A DNA stretch of 64,000 nt. Source: Lama guanicoe. Lineage: Eukaryota. The notes below the pieces were generated by a model. It did not search any database and was not told the origin of the DNA. It worked only from the letters and a program-made list of their open reading frames with translations. The translations under genes and the position numbers were made by a program. Position 1 is the first letter of the stretch. The number at the start of each line of letters is the position of its first letter. Below, one piece after another: positions 49,470 to 62,676 of the stretch. The stretch spans positions 2,714,084-2,778,083 of the forward strand of contig MU056050.1 of assembly GCA_013239625.1 (NCBI GenBank), written 5' to 3'.

Positions 49470-50372
49470 TATTCTTTTTGTTGAGGTAAAATTCACACAA
49501 CATAAAATTAACCAGTAATCATTTTAAAGTATAAAATTTGGTGGCATTTAGTGCATTCATGATATTGTGTAAGCACCATCACTAATTCCAGAACATTTTA
49601 TCATCCTCAAAGAAAATCCTACACCTATTAAGAAGTTACTTCCCCCTCACCTTCTCCTTCCCCACTTCCCAGCCCCTAGAAACCACTAATCTACTTACTG
49701 CTTCTATGGATATACATATTCTGGGAATTTCATATAAATAGAATCATGTAACATGTGGCCTTTTGTGTCTGGCTTCTTTTTTAGCATAATGTTTTCAAGG
49801 TTCATCCATATTATAGCATGTATCACTACTCCATTCCTTTTTATGGCTGAGTAATATTCTACTATATAGATGTATCACATTTTAAAAATCCATTGAGATG
49901 GCCATTTTGGTTGTTTCTACGTTTTGGCTATTGTGAATAGTGTTGCTATTAACATTTGTGTGCAAGTATTTGACTGAGTACCTGTTTTCAATTCTTTGGG
50001 GTATATACCTAGGAGTGGAATTGCTGGGTTATGTGGTAATTCTATGTTTAACTGTTTGAAGATCTGCCAAACTGCTTTCCACTGGACTGCAACATTTTTG
50101 CATTCCCACCAGCAATGTATGGGGGTTTCCATTTCTCCACATCCTTGCCTACACTTGTTATTTCCATTTTAAAAATTATTATTATAGCCATCCTAGTGAG
50201 TAAGAAGTTGTATCTCATTGTGGTTTTAATGTGCATTTCCCCAATCATTAATGATGTTGAACATCTTCTCACGTACTTGTTGGCCATTTGTATATTTTCC
50301 TTGGAGAGATGTGTATTCAGATTCTTTGCCCATTTTTTCACTGGTTTTTTTTTCCTTTGGTAGTTGAGTTAG
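49470..50372 (-). mobile_element. L1 3' end (L1MA/MB-like)
   Basis: ORFs 50048-50341 (KKWAKNLNTHLSKENIQMANK) and 49917-50132 ([18 protein letters not shown]). Confidence 0.88.
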
Positions 50373-52785
50373 ATTCTTATTGTTCCTCAGTTCCTCTGTT
50401 ATTATCTTATTTTATGGTTAACTGATTTTTTTTTCTAGTGTACAATTTTGATTCCCTTCTCAGCTTTTTTTTTCCTGTATATGTTTTAGTTTTTTTTCCT
50501 TGGCAGTTACCCTGGAGATTACAAGTAACAGCTTAATTTATACCAATCAAGTCTGAATTCACACAAATTTAATATTAATAAAATCAATAGTATACAAAAA
50601 CTGCTCCTTTACATCTCTGTGCCCCTGCATTGTGTTGTTATTTTTACAAGTTACAACTTTATAGACTATGTACCCAAAAACATAGTTTTGCAATTATTAT
50701 TTTACACATTTGTCTTTTAAATCATATGGGGACAAAAAAGAATAAAAAGGAGTTAGAAATCATACATGCAGTATCACTGGCTTTTATACTTACCTATGTA
50801 GCTACCTTTACTATTGTTCTTTATTTCTTCACATATCTTTGGATTATTGTCTAGTGTGCTTTCATTTCATTCTATAGGATTCACTTTAACGTATCTTGTA
50901 TGGCAGATTTACATATGAGGAACTCCCTCAGTTTTTGTTTATTTAGGAATGCCTTAATTTTTTCCTTCTATTTTTGAAAGATAGTTTTGTTAGATGTAGA
51001 ATTATTGGTTTACATCATTTTTCTTTAAACTTTAAATATATTGTCCTACTTCCTCCATGGTTTCTGGAGAGAAATTGGCTGTTAATCTTATTGAAGATCC
51101 CTCTAATGTGATGGGTTGCTTCTCTCTTGCTCCTCTCAAGATTCTGTCTTTGTCTTTTCACAACCTATTACGTGTCTTGGTGTGAAGCTCCTTGAATTTA
51201 TCATGACTAGGTTTTTTACACTTCTTAATGTGCAAATGCATGTTTTGCATCCAATTTGGGAAGTTTTGGCCATTATTTCCAATATTCTTTGTGCTTTTTC
51301 TGTCTCTACTCTCCCTCTGGGAATCTGTTTATGCATATATTGGTACATATGGGATGGTGTCCTCCAGGCCTCTTAGGCTCTATTTATTGCTCTTCATTCT
51401 TTTCTCTTTGTGCTCCTCAGACTGAAAGATCTCAACCTATCTTTACATTTGCTGATTTTTTCTCCTGCCTCTTCAATCAGCTGCTAAACCCCTCTAGTGA
51501 ATTTTTCATTTCAGTCTCTATTTGGTTGTTTATAATTTCTATCTCTATTTGTTGAGACATTGTTCTACTGGTTTCCTTTAGTTCTTTGTCCATGGTTTCC
51601 TTTAGGTCTTTGAGCCTATTTGACAGTTCACGTAAAGTCTTTGTCTAGTAAGTCCAATGCTTGGGCTTCCTAAGGAAGAGTTTCAATTTTTTTCACTGTG
51701 GATGGGCCATAGTTTCTTGTACCTTTGCATTCCTTGGAATTTTTTTTTGTTGAAAACTGGGCATTTTGAATATTACAGTGTGGCAATTCTGGAAACCAGA
51801 TTTTCCACCCTACCCAGAATTTGTTGCTGCTGCCTATTGTGGGTTTTTCTAAACTATCTTTGTAAAGTCTGTATTTTTTGTTATATGGTGCCCCTGAAGC
51901 CTCTGTTCTGTTAGCTTAGTGGTCAACTGGTGTTTTGACAAAGTTACCTTAAATGCCTACAGCCAACAAAAATAAAAGAAAAAAAATAGTGAAAAAAGAA
52001 AAAGGACTACTCTCCTAGTCTTTGCAGATTGGTTCTGTGTTGGGTACTCCTTCAATGCTTAGCCAGGCTCTTTCCAACTCTTAGTCTCTACTTCCTACTT
52101 ATATAGAGCCTGAAGGCTAGCCAGAGGTTAAAACTCAGGGTCTTCTCTGGCCTTTTCTGACTGTGCATCCCACATCGAGCATCTACATACATTCCTCAAT
52201 TCCCTGGTATACATGGAAACTTTTTAAAGCCCTGACTCCCACATGTAGCATCTTTCCCAACCTCCTCCTTCCAAGACTTCTTGCTTTATTTCTTGTTGCA
52301 AGCACTGTTCCTTTCCCCAGACTGCTTCGGCTAGTACCTGTGCCTTTTTTAATGCCTTTGCCCAGTAAATCGCCCTAGCACTGGGAACTAAGAGTTGGGC
52401 AAAACAAAGAGTAGTCTGGGCTCTGGTTCTTGAGAGAAATGCCAGACAGGTTAAGACCCAACTTTTTGAGAATCAGGTCCGTATTGCTCCCTCTGGCACT
52501 AGCAATCTGCATCAGAGGTGCAGGCTGTGGTTTGCACAGCCACTGCCAGCCTGATGTGGCTGTTGGGGTGGGGTGGGTGGGTGATTTAAAATAACACTGC
52601 ACTCTATTACCACAAAGCAGCCTTTTCTTTCTCCAAATCTTTCACTGGTTATTGTCAGTTTTCAATTTTGTATTCAGGAGTTCTTCAGAGGTTGATTTAT
52701 GGCAGTTTTTGCTAGGTCATTAGTTGCTTTTAGGGAGGATCCCTGTAGTTCTCTATTCTTCTATAGTCAGTGACATCTCTTCCAT
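50373..52785 (-). mobile_element. Old L1M 5'UTR/ORF1/inter-ORF region
   Basis: ORF1-like fragment 51136-51348 (EKAQRILEIMAK...TPRHVI); antisense motifs gagaaattggctgttaatcttattgaagatccc and gaactccctcagtttttgttt. Confidence 0.7.
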
Positions 52786-55700
52786 TAGCAGGATTTTTGT
52801 GCCTTATGGTAGACATTAGACAACCAAGAAAAAAAATTTAAATCAATGGCTGGAATAGGGCTCTTTTGATATTAATTTTCAAGTCTTTCACTAAGGGTAC
52901 AGACAGGTTACAAGATTTGCTAGATATCTTATACCCTGTTCATGTAAGGGTGGGAGTGTCTCTAAGATTTTTTTTTAACCAGTTAGAGCCCATTTTTAAT
53001 ATTTATCGTGCAAGTTAAGAGGCATCAATGAAACAAATTGTTGACATTTGTTATGCTAGTTAGCAAAGTGTAAGTTCTGTGTCTGAGATACATGTAACAG
53101 CAGCACTGTGGTCATCACCTCTGGATTGTGGCCCTTTCTGGTATAACTCTGCCTCCCTTTCCCTGTGTGTATCCTGATGAGGGGAAATGACTGGCCCTAG
53201 AAGTAAAGCCAAAACTCACTGTCATATACCTAATATCGCACTGTGTATGCCTAAGTGTTATAAAGTTAATGGTAGACATTTTAACATATATTATGTTTTT
53301 AATACTCACAACAATCCTATGAAGTAGTAGTAAAACTGTCATCTCCATGGTATAGATGAGGAAACTGAAGTTTAGGGAGATTAAGTTATTTGTTTAGGGA
53401 TGCCCAGCTAGTAAGTGGTAGAGCTTGGATTTCAACTCAGCTCTTTGAGATTCTATCTCTTAAGTATTACTTTATGACCAAGAACATCTATTTTATGGTA
53501 TGTGTTTGGTCATGTGAAGAGTGTTTCTAAAAATTTCTGAACACCAAATGCTCTTCATAGTTGGAGGCTAGCCCATAGGTAGAATGTGGTTGGTTGGCTG
53601 GCTTCATTACCTGCCTTTGGTCCTCTTGGATGCTTGCTGCATAGCAAGTCTCAAGTCCAAACAAAGAAAGATTATGGGAAACAGGAGCAGTGGTGTCTGT
53701 TGGGGGTGTCTGGGAGGATCTGGTGATGGCTCTGGTGCTTGTGTGTGGTCCTGGAATGGACAAGGAATTGGACTTGGGCCTAACTTTCTTTTTTCCCTCT
53801 GCCCTGCCACTGGAGTACAGCAGTGCCTGCTCAGAATTTTAGGTCCTCTTGCCTGTCACAGGGCCCTAGCAGCATACATAAGGTGAGATGCACTTATGTT
53901 TGACTAACATGGAGAAGGACAGTCTCTTAGGATAGACTGCTAGTGATTGATGACTAGAAATAGTTAAGAACATGAATTCAGTTTTGCCCTTGAGGTATAA
54001 GACAGGTATCTGCTCTCATCATGGTTTCCTGGACAGATTTTTTCACTGATTGTGGAGAGCATATTCAACTTCATAGTAACATCTTCAAGTTAACCCCAAC
54101 AGAGTTAGCTTTAAGAAGTGGCGGAAGATATGGTCATCTACAGAATGAGATTTGAGGAAATAGTTGGCAGTGCATTACTCCCCCCAATTCTACTGCCAGT
54201 CATTACACCATTTCTCAGTTTATTTGCACCTAACAAGCCAAATTTGGTAGAGATTCTACTAAAGCCTTTTCAGAATAGACCCTTCTGAAAAGTGACTTCT
54301 TTTCCTTTTCATCAACTTTTGGAGGGCAGACAACAGCATGGGAACTGTCAAACTTACACTGGGGGAAATGAGGATGTCAGGAATTTTCCAGATGGTTTGA
54401 AATGAATGCAGGTGTGCCTGGAACTCTGCCATTGCTCCTCATCCTGAAATGGTAGTCAGTAAATGCACTTTTGGTGAACAATTCCAATTTTAAATGTGCC
54501 AGTGGAATATGCTAGCTAAAGAAACCCAGCTATGAATCTGTTTATTCAGCAAATAAGTGTCCCTGTTTCTGAAATTTGCATTTTTATTTGGGTTCCTTAG
54601 ATTCTTAAAGTGGATCCAGAATTTTCATCACAAAAGAGAGTTAAAATAAGTAGAAAAGCTTATTTAGATGGTGTGAATTGTGTAGGACACAGGAGGAGAG
54701 GAGAGGAATGATTTATACTGATGGGCTATGGTGGGGTTTGTGTCTATCTGTCTGGTGAGGAGAGGTAACTAACAAGTTTATTTTGTGTGAGGCACTGTGC
54801 TAAGTGTATTATTTCATTTAATTCTCATGTCGTCTCTGAGGTAGATACCATTGCTCTCCTTTTGCTGTTTAGAGAGGTCACAGTACAGTAGAGTTTTGAT
54901 TCTAGGTAGCAGGTGATTCAGACTAAGATTTAGCTGTGTGACCTTAGGCAAGTCATTTCTCCCTGGGCCTCAAGTTTCCTCACTTACAACATAAAAGATT
55001 TTCTTTCAAGTACTTTAAGCTGTGACAGTCTATGATTCTGTACCTGCGCTTCTTCCTAGTGTTTTCTAGGTGTTGTTCCCTAAGGAGATAAAGGCCAGAA
55101 GTCAACAATGACTGACTTGCAAGTAGGAGTATTTCAAAAAGTAGCTTTTCTGTGCAACTGAGCCAGTGTCAGAGATAGCAGGTTACCATGGACAATATAT
55201 TTCTTTAGGTTTTTGTGTTGTTACTAGTGGTGGTTTTTCATTATGTTGATATGAGTTCTTGACACTATTAAAATGCTTTGTTCTCACCATTAGCTTTTGT
55301 TTTAAGAGAAATTGACACTCAACATTTATAATAACTTTTTTCTTGACTAAATTTGGATTCTTTTAGTGCTTCCTATTACCCCAAAGTGCTGTCCTTATTG
55401 GCTGATATGGCATAGTTTTAGTCATTCATCTGTACATATTAAATGAGCATCTGCTATGTGCAAAATATTTTTCTAGGTACTTGAGATATATCATTGAACA
55501 AAAAAATATACATTTCTGCCCTCATGGAGATATTTTAGTAGACTGGGCAAACAATAAGCAAAATATGGTAGTTCAATGTACAGTATGTTAAATGATCAGT
55601 TCTATGGCAGAAAATAAAGCAGGATAGGGGGTTTGGAGTTCTGAGTATAGTTGCTTAGTATCTCCCTGGGAAAATCAGTGCTTAGGTAACAAGAAATTCC

Positions 55701-55809
55701 TTCCCTAGGCAATTAGGAATGGACTTTGAGGTCAGATAAACCTATCTGAATTTACAACTCTGCTCACAGCCTTGTGACCTTGGGCAAATAATTTTACTTC
55801 ATTGAGCCC

Positions 55810-56539
55810 TGCATTAGTCGGTGTTGAATTAGAGAAGAACAACCACTAGAAGGGATATAAAACAAAGGATTTATCATGGGGATTTGACCTTATTCAATTG
55901 TGGGAGCTGATTAAACAGTTCACATCAGGCTGTTGCTTCTGCATCTGGTTCTGGGCCTGAAGTCAGCAGGATAGATAGTCAGGAAAGACTGGTGCTGGGC
56001 CTGAAGTCAGCAGGATAGATAGTCAGGAAAGATGAACATGAAGTAGAGGAGAGCAAGGTCAAACTAGGCCAGCTGGAACCCCACAAAACAAACTGGAATC
56101 CACATCAATCTCTCATAGCCTTTAAACCTCCGAATTCAAAGGTGGTGTGTCCTGCAGGAGGTGGACCTGAAAGCACACCTGGCCTGAGTCAGAGGAGCTG
56201 AAGGAGGAGATCCCACGGGAACTGCAGGAGTTGTGGCCTATGTGTGTTGTTCCCAAATTCAGTGAAGCTGAAGGAGGAGGCTTAGCAATTGCTTGGGGCT
56301 CAGACACTGCCCAATGCCAAAAACAAGAGCCAGGAGAGAAGAGACAACATGCCTAGGCTGCAGTAGTGCCTGGCGCCCTGCCCCCACCATCTGGGGCTGC
56401 ACTTCACTTCCATCTTTCAGATTTCATGCAAAATATCCCTCATGGCCCTTGCTAAACATAAATTATTTGGAATAGGGACGGGAATGCTAGAGACCCTGGT
56501 TCCAGCTTAGCTAGGTTGACAGAATACAAATCCACCACA
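55810..56539. mobile_element. ERVL-class solo LTR nested in a MIR
   Basis: TG...CA ends (tgcattagtc...ccaccaca), 5-bp TSD agccc/agcct, and MIR sequence continuing on both sides. Confidence 0.7.
55945..56032 (+). repeat. 44-bp tandem duplication (43/44 identical)
   Basis: ctggt(t/g)ctgggcctgaagtcagcaggatagatagtcaggaaaga, two copies. Confidence 0.95.
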
Positions 56540-59203
56540 AGCCTTTTTCTTAATAGGGATGATAATACCTAACTCATTGGATTGTTGTAAAGCATGTATG
56601 AGATGAAATCTGTAAAAGTATCTTGTGCTTGGTGGGTGGTCAGTTTTCTTTCTTTCTCTTACCCTTTGGTCAAGGGATAGCACCATTTCAGGCATCATGC
56701 CCTATGGAGAAGGTTTTATTGTTCTGTGGGTTTTTTTGGGGGTGGTGGTGTTGGGGGTAGGTGCTGTGAGGAGGCTTTTTTTATCATTAAATAATTGTAT
56801 CAGATTGCAAGCTATCTGTTATGTGTGCATTTGAGGTTGGGCCTGTTTGAGGATGTGGAAGAGAAACTGAATACACCTCGACCACTGAAGATACATCTAG
56901 CATTCATATATACGCACATGCAATAAAAATATATCAGAAAGGATCACATAAGTTGGTGGAAAGCTAAAATTTAACTGACTAAGTCACAGAGTCTAAGAAT
57001 GTCAGTGCTTGTAAGGAATTAGGGGGTCAACTAGTCCAACCCTGAATTTTCACAGATGGGGAAACTGAGGCTTAGAGAAAGGCAGTTAATTTGCTGAAGT
57101 TATAACTTGTTTGAGCCAGGAACATTTTTTACAGAATGTTTTTTAGAATCCTGCAGAAGCAGTTCAATACATCATAAGGATGTTGTTGAAGACCTCATCC
57201 ACTCTATTATTCAGTGTCCTCTATATGACATCCTCACACAAGAAATTTAAGAACTAAGCGCCAGGAAAAACCTTGTTTATCCTGAGGAACTGGTATGCTT
57301 TTATTCCTCATGGACAATACAAATCTGGTAAGTGATCATGTGGAAACATGATCATTTTGCTTTTGCTGCCAGGATGTTTGGAGCCAAATTTGAAGTTCCA
57401 ACTTTATTAACCATGTAGAACACTATGGCTTGAATATCTCTGTCCTACTCCACCCTCTGACTTTGTTGTTTTTTTTTCTCCTGATCTTGATTTTTAGTTA
57501 ATTTTTACATGTAATGTGTTGTATGTATAAGTTTGTATATGTAAGTATGTATAAGTTGTCTCAAATCCTTTATGCTATGAGGAAGGACATTAACATATAA
57601 ACAGAAGAATCCTATATTATTTGACCTCTGTGGTACAGTGAAAAAGCACTGGATTTGGAATAGCTTCTAGTCTAAACTTTAGCATTTTAATAGACTTCTT
57701 AGAACTTCAGTTTCCTTTGATCAGCTTGGATAGAGTAACCTCTGGCATGATTCAGATTATTTAAGAGGAAAGGTATCTGAAACCTATGTGATGACTGTCC
57801 CTGATTTATAAAAAAAGGTCTGTGTGATTTGAAAGAAATGTTTAACTCAATTCTGGATTGGAAACAACGATTAGAATAGTTTTAAGACTAGTGAGAGAAC
57901 AGTACTTAAAGTAAAAAGTATTCACTTATTCGTTCTGATTTAATTTTTCTAATTTTTAAAATTATCATACAGTAAACTTGACTTTTGGGGAAGTACACAG
58001 TTCCATGAATTTTAGCACATGTATAGATTTATGTAAACCATCTCCCCAGAAAGCTTCCTTGTGCTATCATTTTACAGTCACACTCTCCTCCCACTCATAT
58101 GCCTTGATTTTATTTTAAAATGTTCTACTCAATATTTTAAGAGAATACATTAAGAAGATTAATTTGATTCAACCATTCATTCACTCTAGAGTTCCTATCG
58201 TATGCTCAGCACTGCAGTAAGTTCTGCAGGCTATGTAAGGGGTATCATATATAGACCAAGGGCTTCAAGGGTGTTGCAATATAGTTGGCAAGATCAGATT
58301 AACACATTGGAAGCAATCAGAGGACCACATAAGACACTGTACAAGCAAGTGCAAAATTGGCACAGATCAGGAGATGCGGAAACATCTGTTTAGCCTGGAC
58401 TATAGGCTTCTGCACCAGAATGACATACTACTTGTATAAGTATATATCTTTCTGTGTGAGGACAGCTTGGAATGTATTGAGAAATGTAAAGAGTTAAGTT
58501 TCGCCTCTGAAAGTGATATAATAGTCTAAGCAGACGAGAGGGAATTACATGCTTGTGAGAATATTTACAAAAGTCTTCAGACTCTACAGTCAAGGAAGTC
58601 TACCTAAATATAAAAAATTATTATTTTACTTTTATAAGATGTGGAGAGACATATGACTGCCAAATGGCTTTGCTCTGTGTCCAGAAATTTAACAAAGCTG
58701 ACATCCAGATATCTATTGCAGAAGTCTGACTAGAATTTTCCGTTATGAATACAGTGCATGTAAATTCTGAACATATGGCTCCCATCAGTGATCTACGAGG
58801 AGGTGATGGAATGTAGGTTGGGGAAGACAAGAGGAAGGCCAAGTCTCTGACTCTGAAGTGAGAGGCAGCTGGACACCATATGTGTGTCTTTGGACTTGGA
58901 GCCAGCTTTATGTCGAGGGAGTAGGCAGTCACCCAAGCCGTGTGATTTGTAGGGTGTGGGGAAAGGATCTTCCTTTGTCAAATTCTTCCCCTACAGGCAG
59001 GCCCCAAGGCCTGAACTTTCCATTAGAGAAAGAAATAAAATATTGTGTGTTCTGGAGCCCCTCTTAATAACAGGGGGAGCTAAATAGGGAGGAATACCAA
59101 TACATTAAACTGGGAACAGTTATCAGAGACTTGTTGGGGATCAGTTTATCTAATTATCCTAGTAGAACTAGAGGGAAGAATAGGACCTATGGGATAGGTT
59201 AGG

Positions 59204-59276
59204 GGTGTGTGTGTGTGTGTGCACGTGCATGCACGCATGTGCACGTTTCTGTATCTATGTGCACATGTGTGCATGC
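59204..59276. repeat. (GT)n / alternating purine-pyrimidine tract
   Basis: gtgtgtgtgtgtgtgtgcacgtgcatgcacgcatgtgcacgt... Confidence 0.9.
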
Positions 59277-61224
59277 CAGGAGTCAGTGTGTTTGCAAAAA
59301 GCTGACCCCATACAGATTAGAATGGTAGTATTTAGTGCACACATACATATCTCAGCTCATTGGCTGTATGTTTGATGTCTGCAGTGGTTTACTCTCCGAA
59401 ATAACAGGCTGATTGCAGAGATTTGCTAAGAATTGACCAAGAAGATGGCCCACTGAAGCATCCCTGGCCTGAAAATCTCAAAGGGCTTTCTTAAAAACCC
59501 TTCTGCCAGCCCCTACAGAAAATGGGTGCAAAGTCAGGAGTGTAAAGCCCATGATGTGAATGGAGAGATTAGCCATTACAGGAGTTGTCAATTCTCTAGA
59601 AATAACCTGGACACTTCACTTAGAAGCAGGACTGTCAGGTGTGTGTGTGTGATGAGTGCCAGAAGTCCTACCCCTTCCAAGCAAATGAAGTGATATGGAA
59701 AGCAAAACTTTCTGAGTGTGTCGTCTATACCCTGCACCCTAGGTATGGTCCAGCCTTGCATTCTGAAAACTGACCTTACTTCTTAAAACAAAATTGCCTC
59801 TTGGGTCCTCTTTCCAAGTTATTTTTAGCAATCAGTCCAACCTCACTAAGCTGAGAAAGCATAAAACTCCTTTTTCTTTTGAAAGTGAAGGAAAACATAC
59901 TTAAGCTATGAAGATGGGCAGGATCTCAATAAATGTTGGACTTGACTGAAATGTACAACTAGAATCAGTCCAGAGTCTTGTCTAACCCTCAGAGTATAGA
60001 AGGAGCACTGGACCTACAAAGAAGGCACTTTATGGAACTTAAAATCTAGAGCCAAAAGGAATGCCATGTTCATTGACACCTCTTTGATATAAAACAGTTA
60101 ATTTATCATCTCACAAGCCCATCGCACTTTGTTAATTCTACAACTGAGCCTTTTGTATTCAGAAAGAAATGTACTTTTGAGATTGGTTTGGGGTAAAGAA
60201 AAATCAACAAAACCCCACGTGGGTGTGGTGTTGGCTTTTCTGAGTTCAGTGTTGGATGGAAAATTCAGATTACTTCTCAGTTTGACTCATCTGAAAAAAT
60301 TGGATTTGCTCATTCGCAGGTGGAAATTTTAATGTGCCCAATAATTTCTTCAGATAATGACATTTAAAGGTGAAAGTGATAATGGTGCTGGGAAGATGCC
60401 TGGGGATCATGGTCTTTATGGTGCAGGGGCAGGGAGCTACTGTTGTGGTCATGTGAATTGGCTTTGTCAAAGGTAGAAGCCAGGGTTCTGGTGTGGTTTC
60501 CCAGTAGATTGATAATGGAAATTTCCCTTTACAGCTAGTGGGCATATGATGTATATCAGATTTATAAATAGAATTCTTGGGACCTGACACCTACTTTTTG
60601 CCAGGCTAATCATTTTGCAACTTTTGGGTGGTATCTAGGGATGGGACCCCACTGGCTGTCTTAGCAGCCTGCCCCATTTCCATGGAAGTCAAGAAACTTT
60701 ATTTCCAACCATGTCTCTTCTTGAATTTTTCCCATTTCTCCTTGGTCAGTGTTTCATTTACATTGAGAATAACTTCTCAGCATTGTCCTCATCAAATCAC
60801 TTCATGGACTACTGGACCGTACTCTTAAAGTCTTCTCCAGGCTAAATAACTTTCTGTAGTGACAATGTAGGCTGTTTTCAATTTACTCCAGAGAAAGGAA
60901 TCTTTAGGTATCTTGCTTTTTACGATAATAATGATAATAATAACAGCTAATAATCATCATTTTTAAAAAGCTAACATTTATTGACTGCTAACTAATTGCC
61001 AGGTAGTGTGCAAAGGATTTTACATGTATTAGTTCATTTTATCTTCCCAATAATCCAATGGGGGTAGAAATTATTACTTTGCCATTTTAAAGACTAGGAT
61101 AAAGTGAGACTGGGAGTTAACTTGCTCAGGTTCACACTCTTACTTTAACCCATATCTTTCTGTGATACTCTATAGCTTCTCTAATTATTAAGACTACTTT
61201 GGTTTTCTTGTATGTTTATTTTTC

Positions 61225-61377
61225 TTTTTTTTTTAATTTTTTGTTTTATTTTATTTTATTTTTTTTTTCACATTTTTTTCTCTGTGATTTATCATAACAT
61301 TTTGTGTATATTTCCCTGTGCTATACAGTGTAATCTTGTTTATCTATTCTACAATTTTGAAACCCCAGTCTATCCCA
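61225..61377 (-). mobile_element. Short L1 3'UTR insertion with A-rich tail
   Basis: ttccctgtgctatacagtgtaatcttgtttatctatt; possible 8-bp TSD tatttttc at 61217-61224 and 61378-61385. Confidence 0.8.
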
Positions 61378-62676
61378 TATTTTTCAAATATATCTATATT
61401 TGTGTGTACATATGTGTGTATATATATGTATATATATATTTGCTAAATGAGTGCCATGCCAAGGTATTAACATTTTTTAAAGAAAAGACTAGCTGACCTT
61501 CATCTGTGCTGAAATTATTCCCTTAGGAACATACCATTTCTTTTTTCCATTAATAAGCTGCCTTGAAGAATAAATTAGTTCTATGAAGGATGCTACATTA
61601 AGTTTCAAAGTGCTAAAGCCAAAGGAATTTTAATATTTTCACCTTTATTCTATCCACACATTCCATAGTTGATAAAATTTTACAGTAGCTCCTACTCTGT
61701 GCATTGCCTCCCAGTCCTAGGGAATGTCAAGTGGTAACTAAGAGGAACCACTGCACATCCCCAGTGAATGGACCACAGGCCACTTTGCAACCCTTTATGG
61801 TCTGGTAGGAGGAATAAGCTTAAGCATATGTCATAGGTGAAAACATACTATGTTGCATGTAGCTTTTGTACCCTAAGCATATTTCCAGAGTTGCTCCTGG
61901 TCTTTGGAGAACTGAAGAATTCAGACAGCAAAGTGGACATTTTCAGGGGATTTAATAGTGTCTGGAAAGTCGGGGATCTAGGATAAGGCATTTGGCTTAG
62001 GATTTGAAGGTAAGGCCCCAAGGAGGAGTCGAGGAGTTCCTGACATGGAATTCATTAGTGTTGTATTGGAATTGAACTGCTGGTCCAAGATTGGCTCTGC
62101 TGTGTGCCATGTTCAGCTACGGGCTGAAGGAAGAGCAGCAACACTTGGATTCTAACCTTGGCTTTGCCATTTTGTAGGTGTGGAACCTTGGGCAAGTTAA
62201 GTCTTCCCTCTGGGTCTCAATTTCCTCACTTATAAAGTGGGCATGAGACTATATATACCTTATAGGCTTGTTGTGATGATTAAACAAGTTAATGAATGAG
62301 ATACTGCTTTGAGTCTATAGAGAGCATTAGAAATGTTAGTAATTACTAATAATTATATTTTAGAGGTGTTGTATTCTATATGAAATTTCTTTATTAGTTT
62401 TTCTTTCTCAGAAACGTCTATTACTCCCCCAAGTATGTCTCACAGTGTGAATTGAAAATATTATTTTAGCACGTGATAGTATTAAGTTTAGCCACCGATC
62501 CTATTTTGTCTTACTTAGTTACTCCTTCAATCCACTTCTGAGCAAACCTAGGATGGCCTTCCCATGGATGAGGACACTGTATGAGCTTCTCAACTCTCTT
62601 AATTAAATGCTCTCCCTATCACCCACTTACTCATTTGTCTTCAAAGTTCCTGGCCTGCGCTTAATCGGTAACCTAG

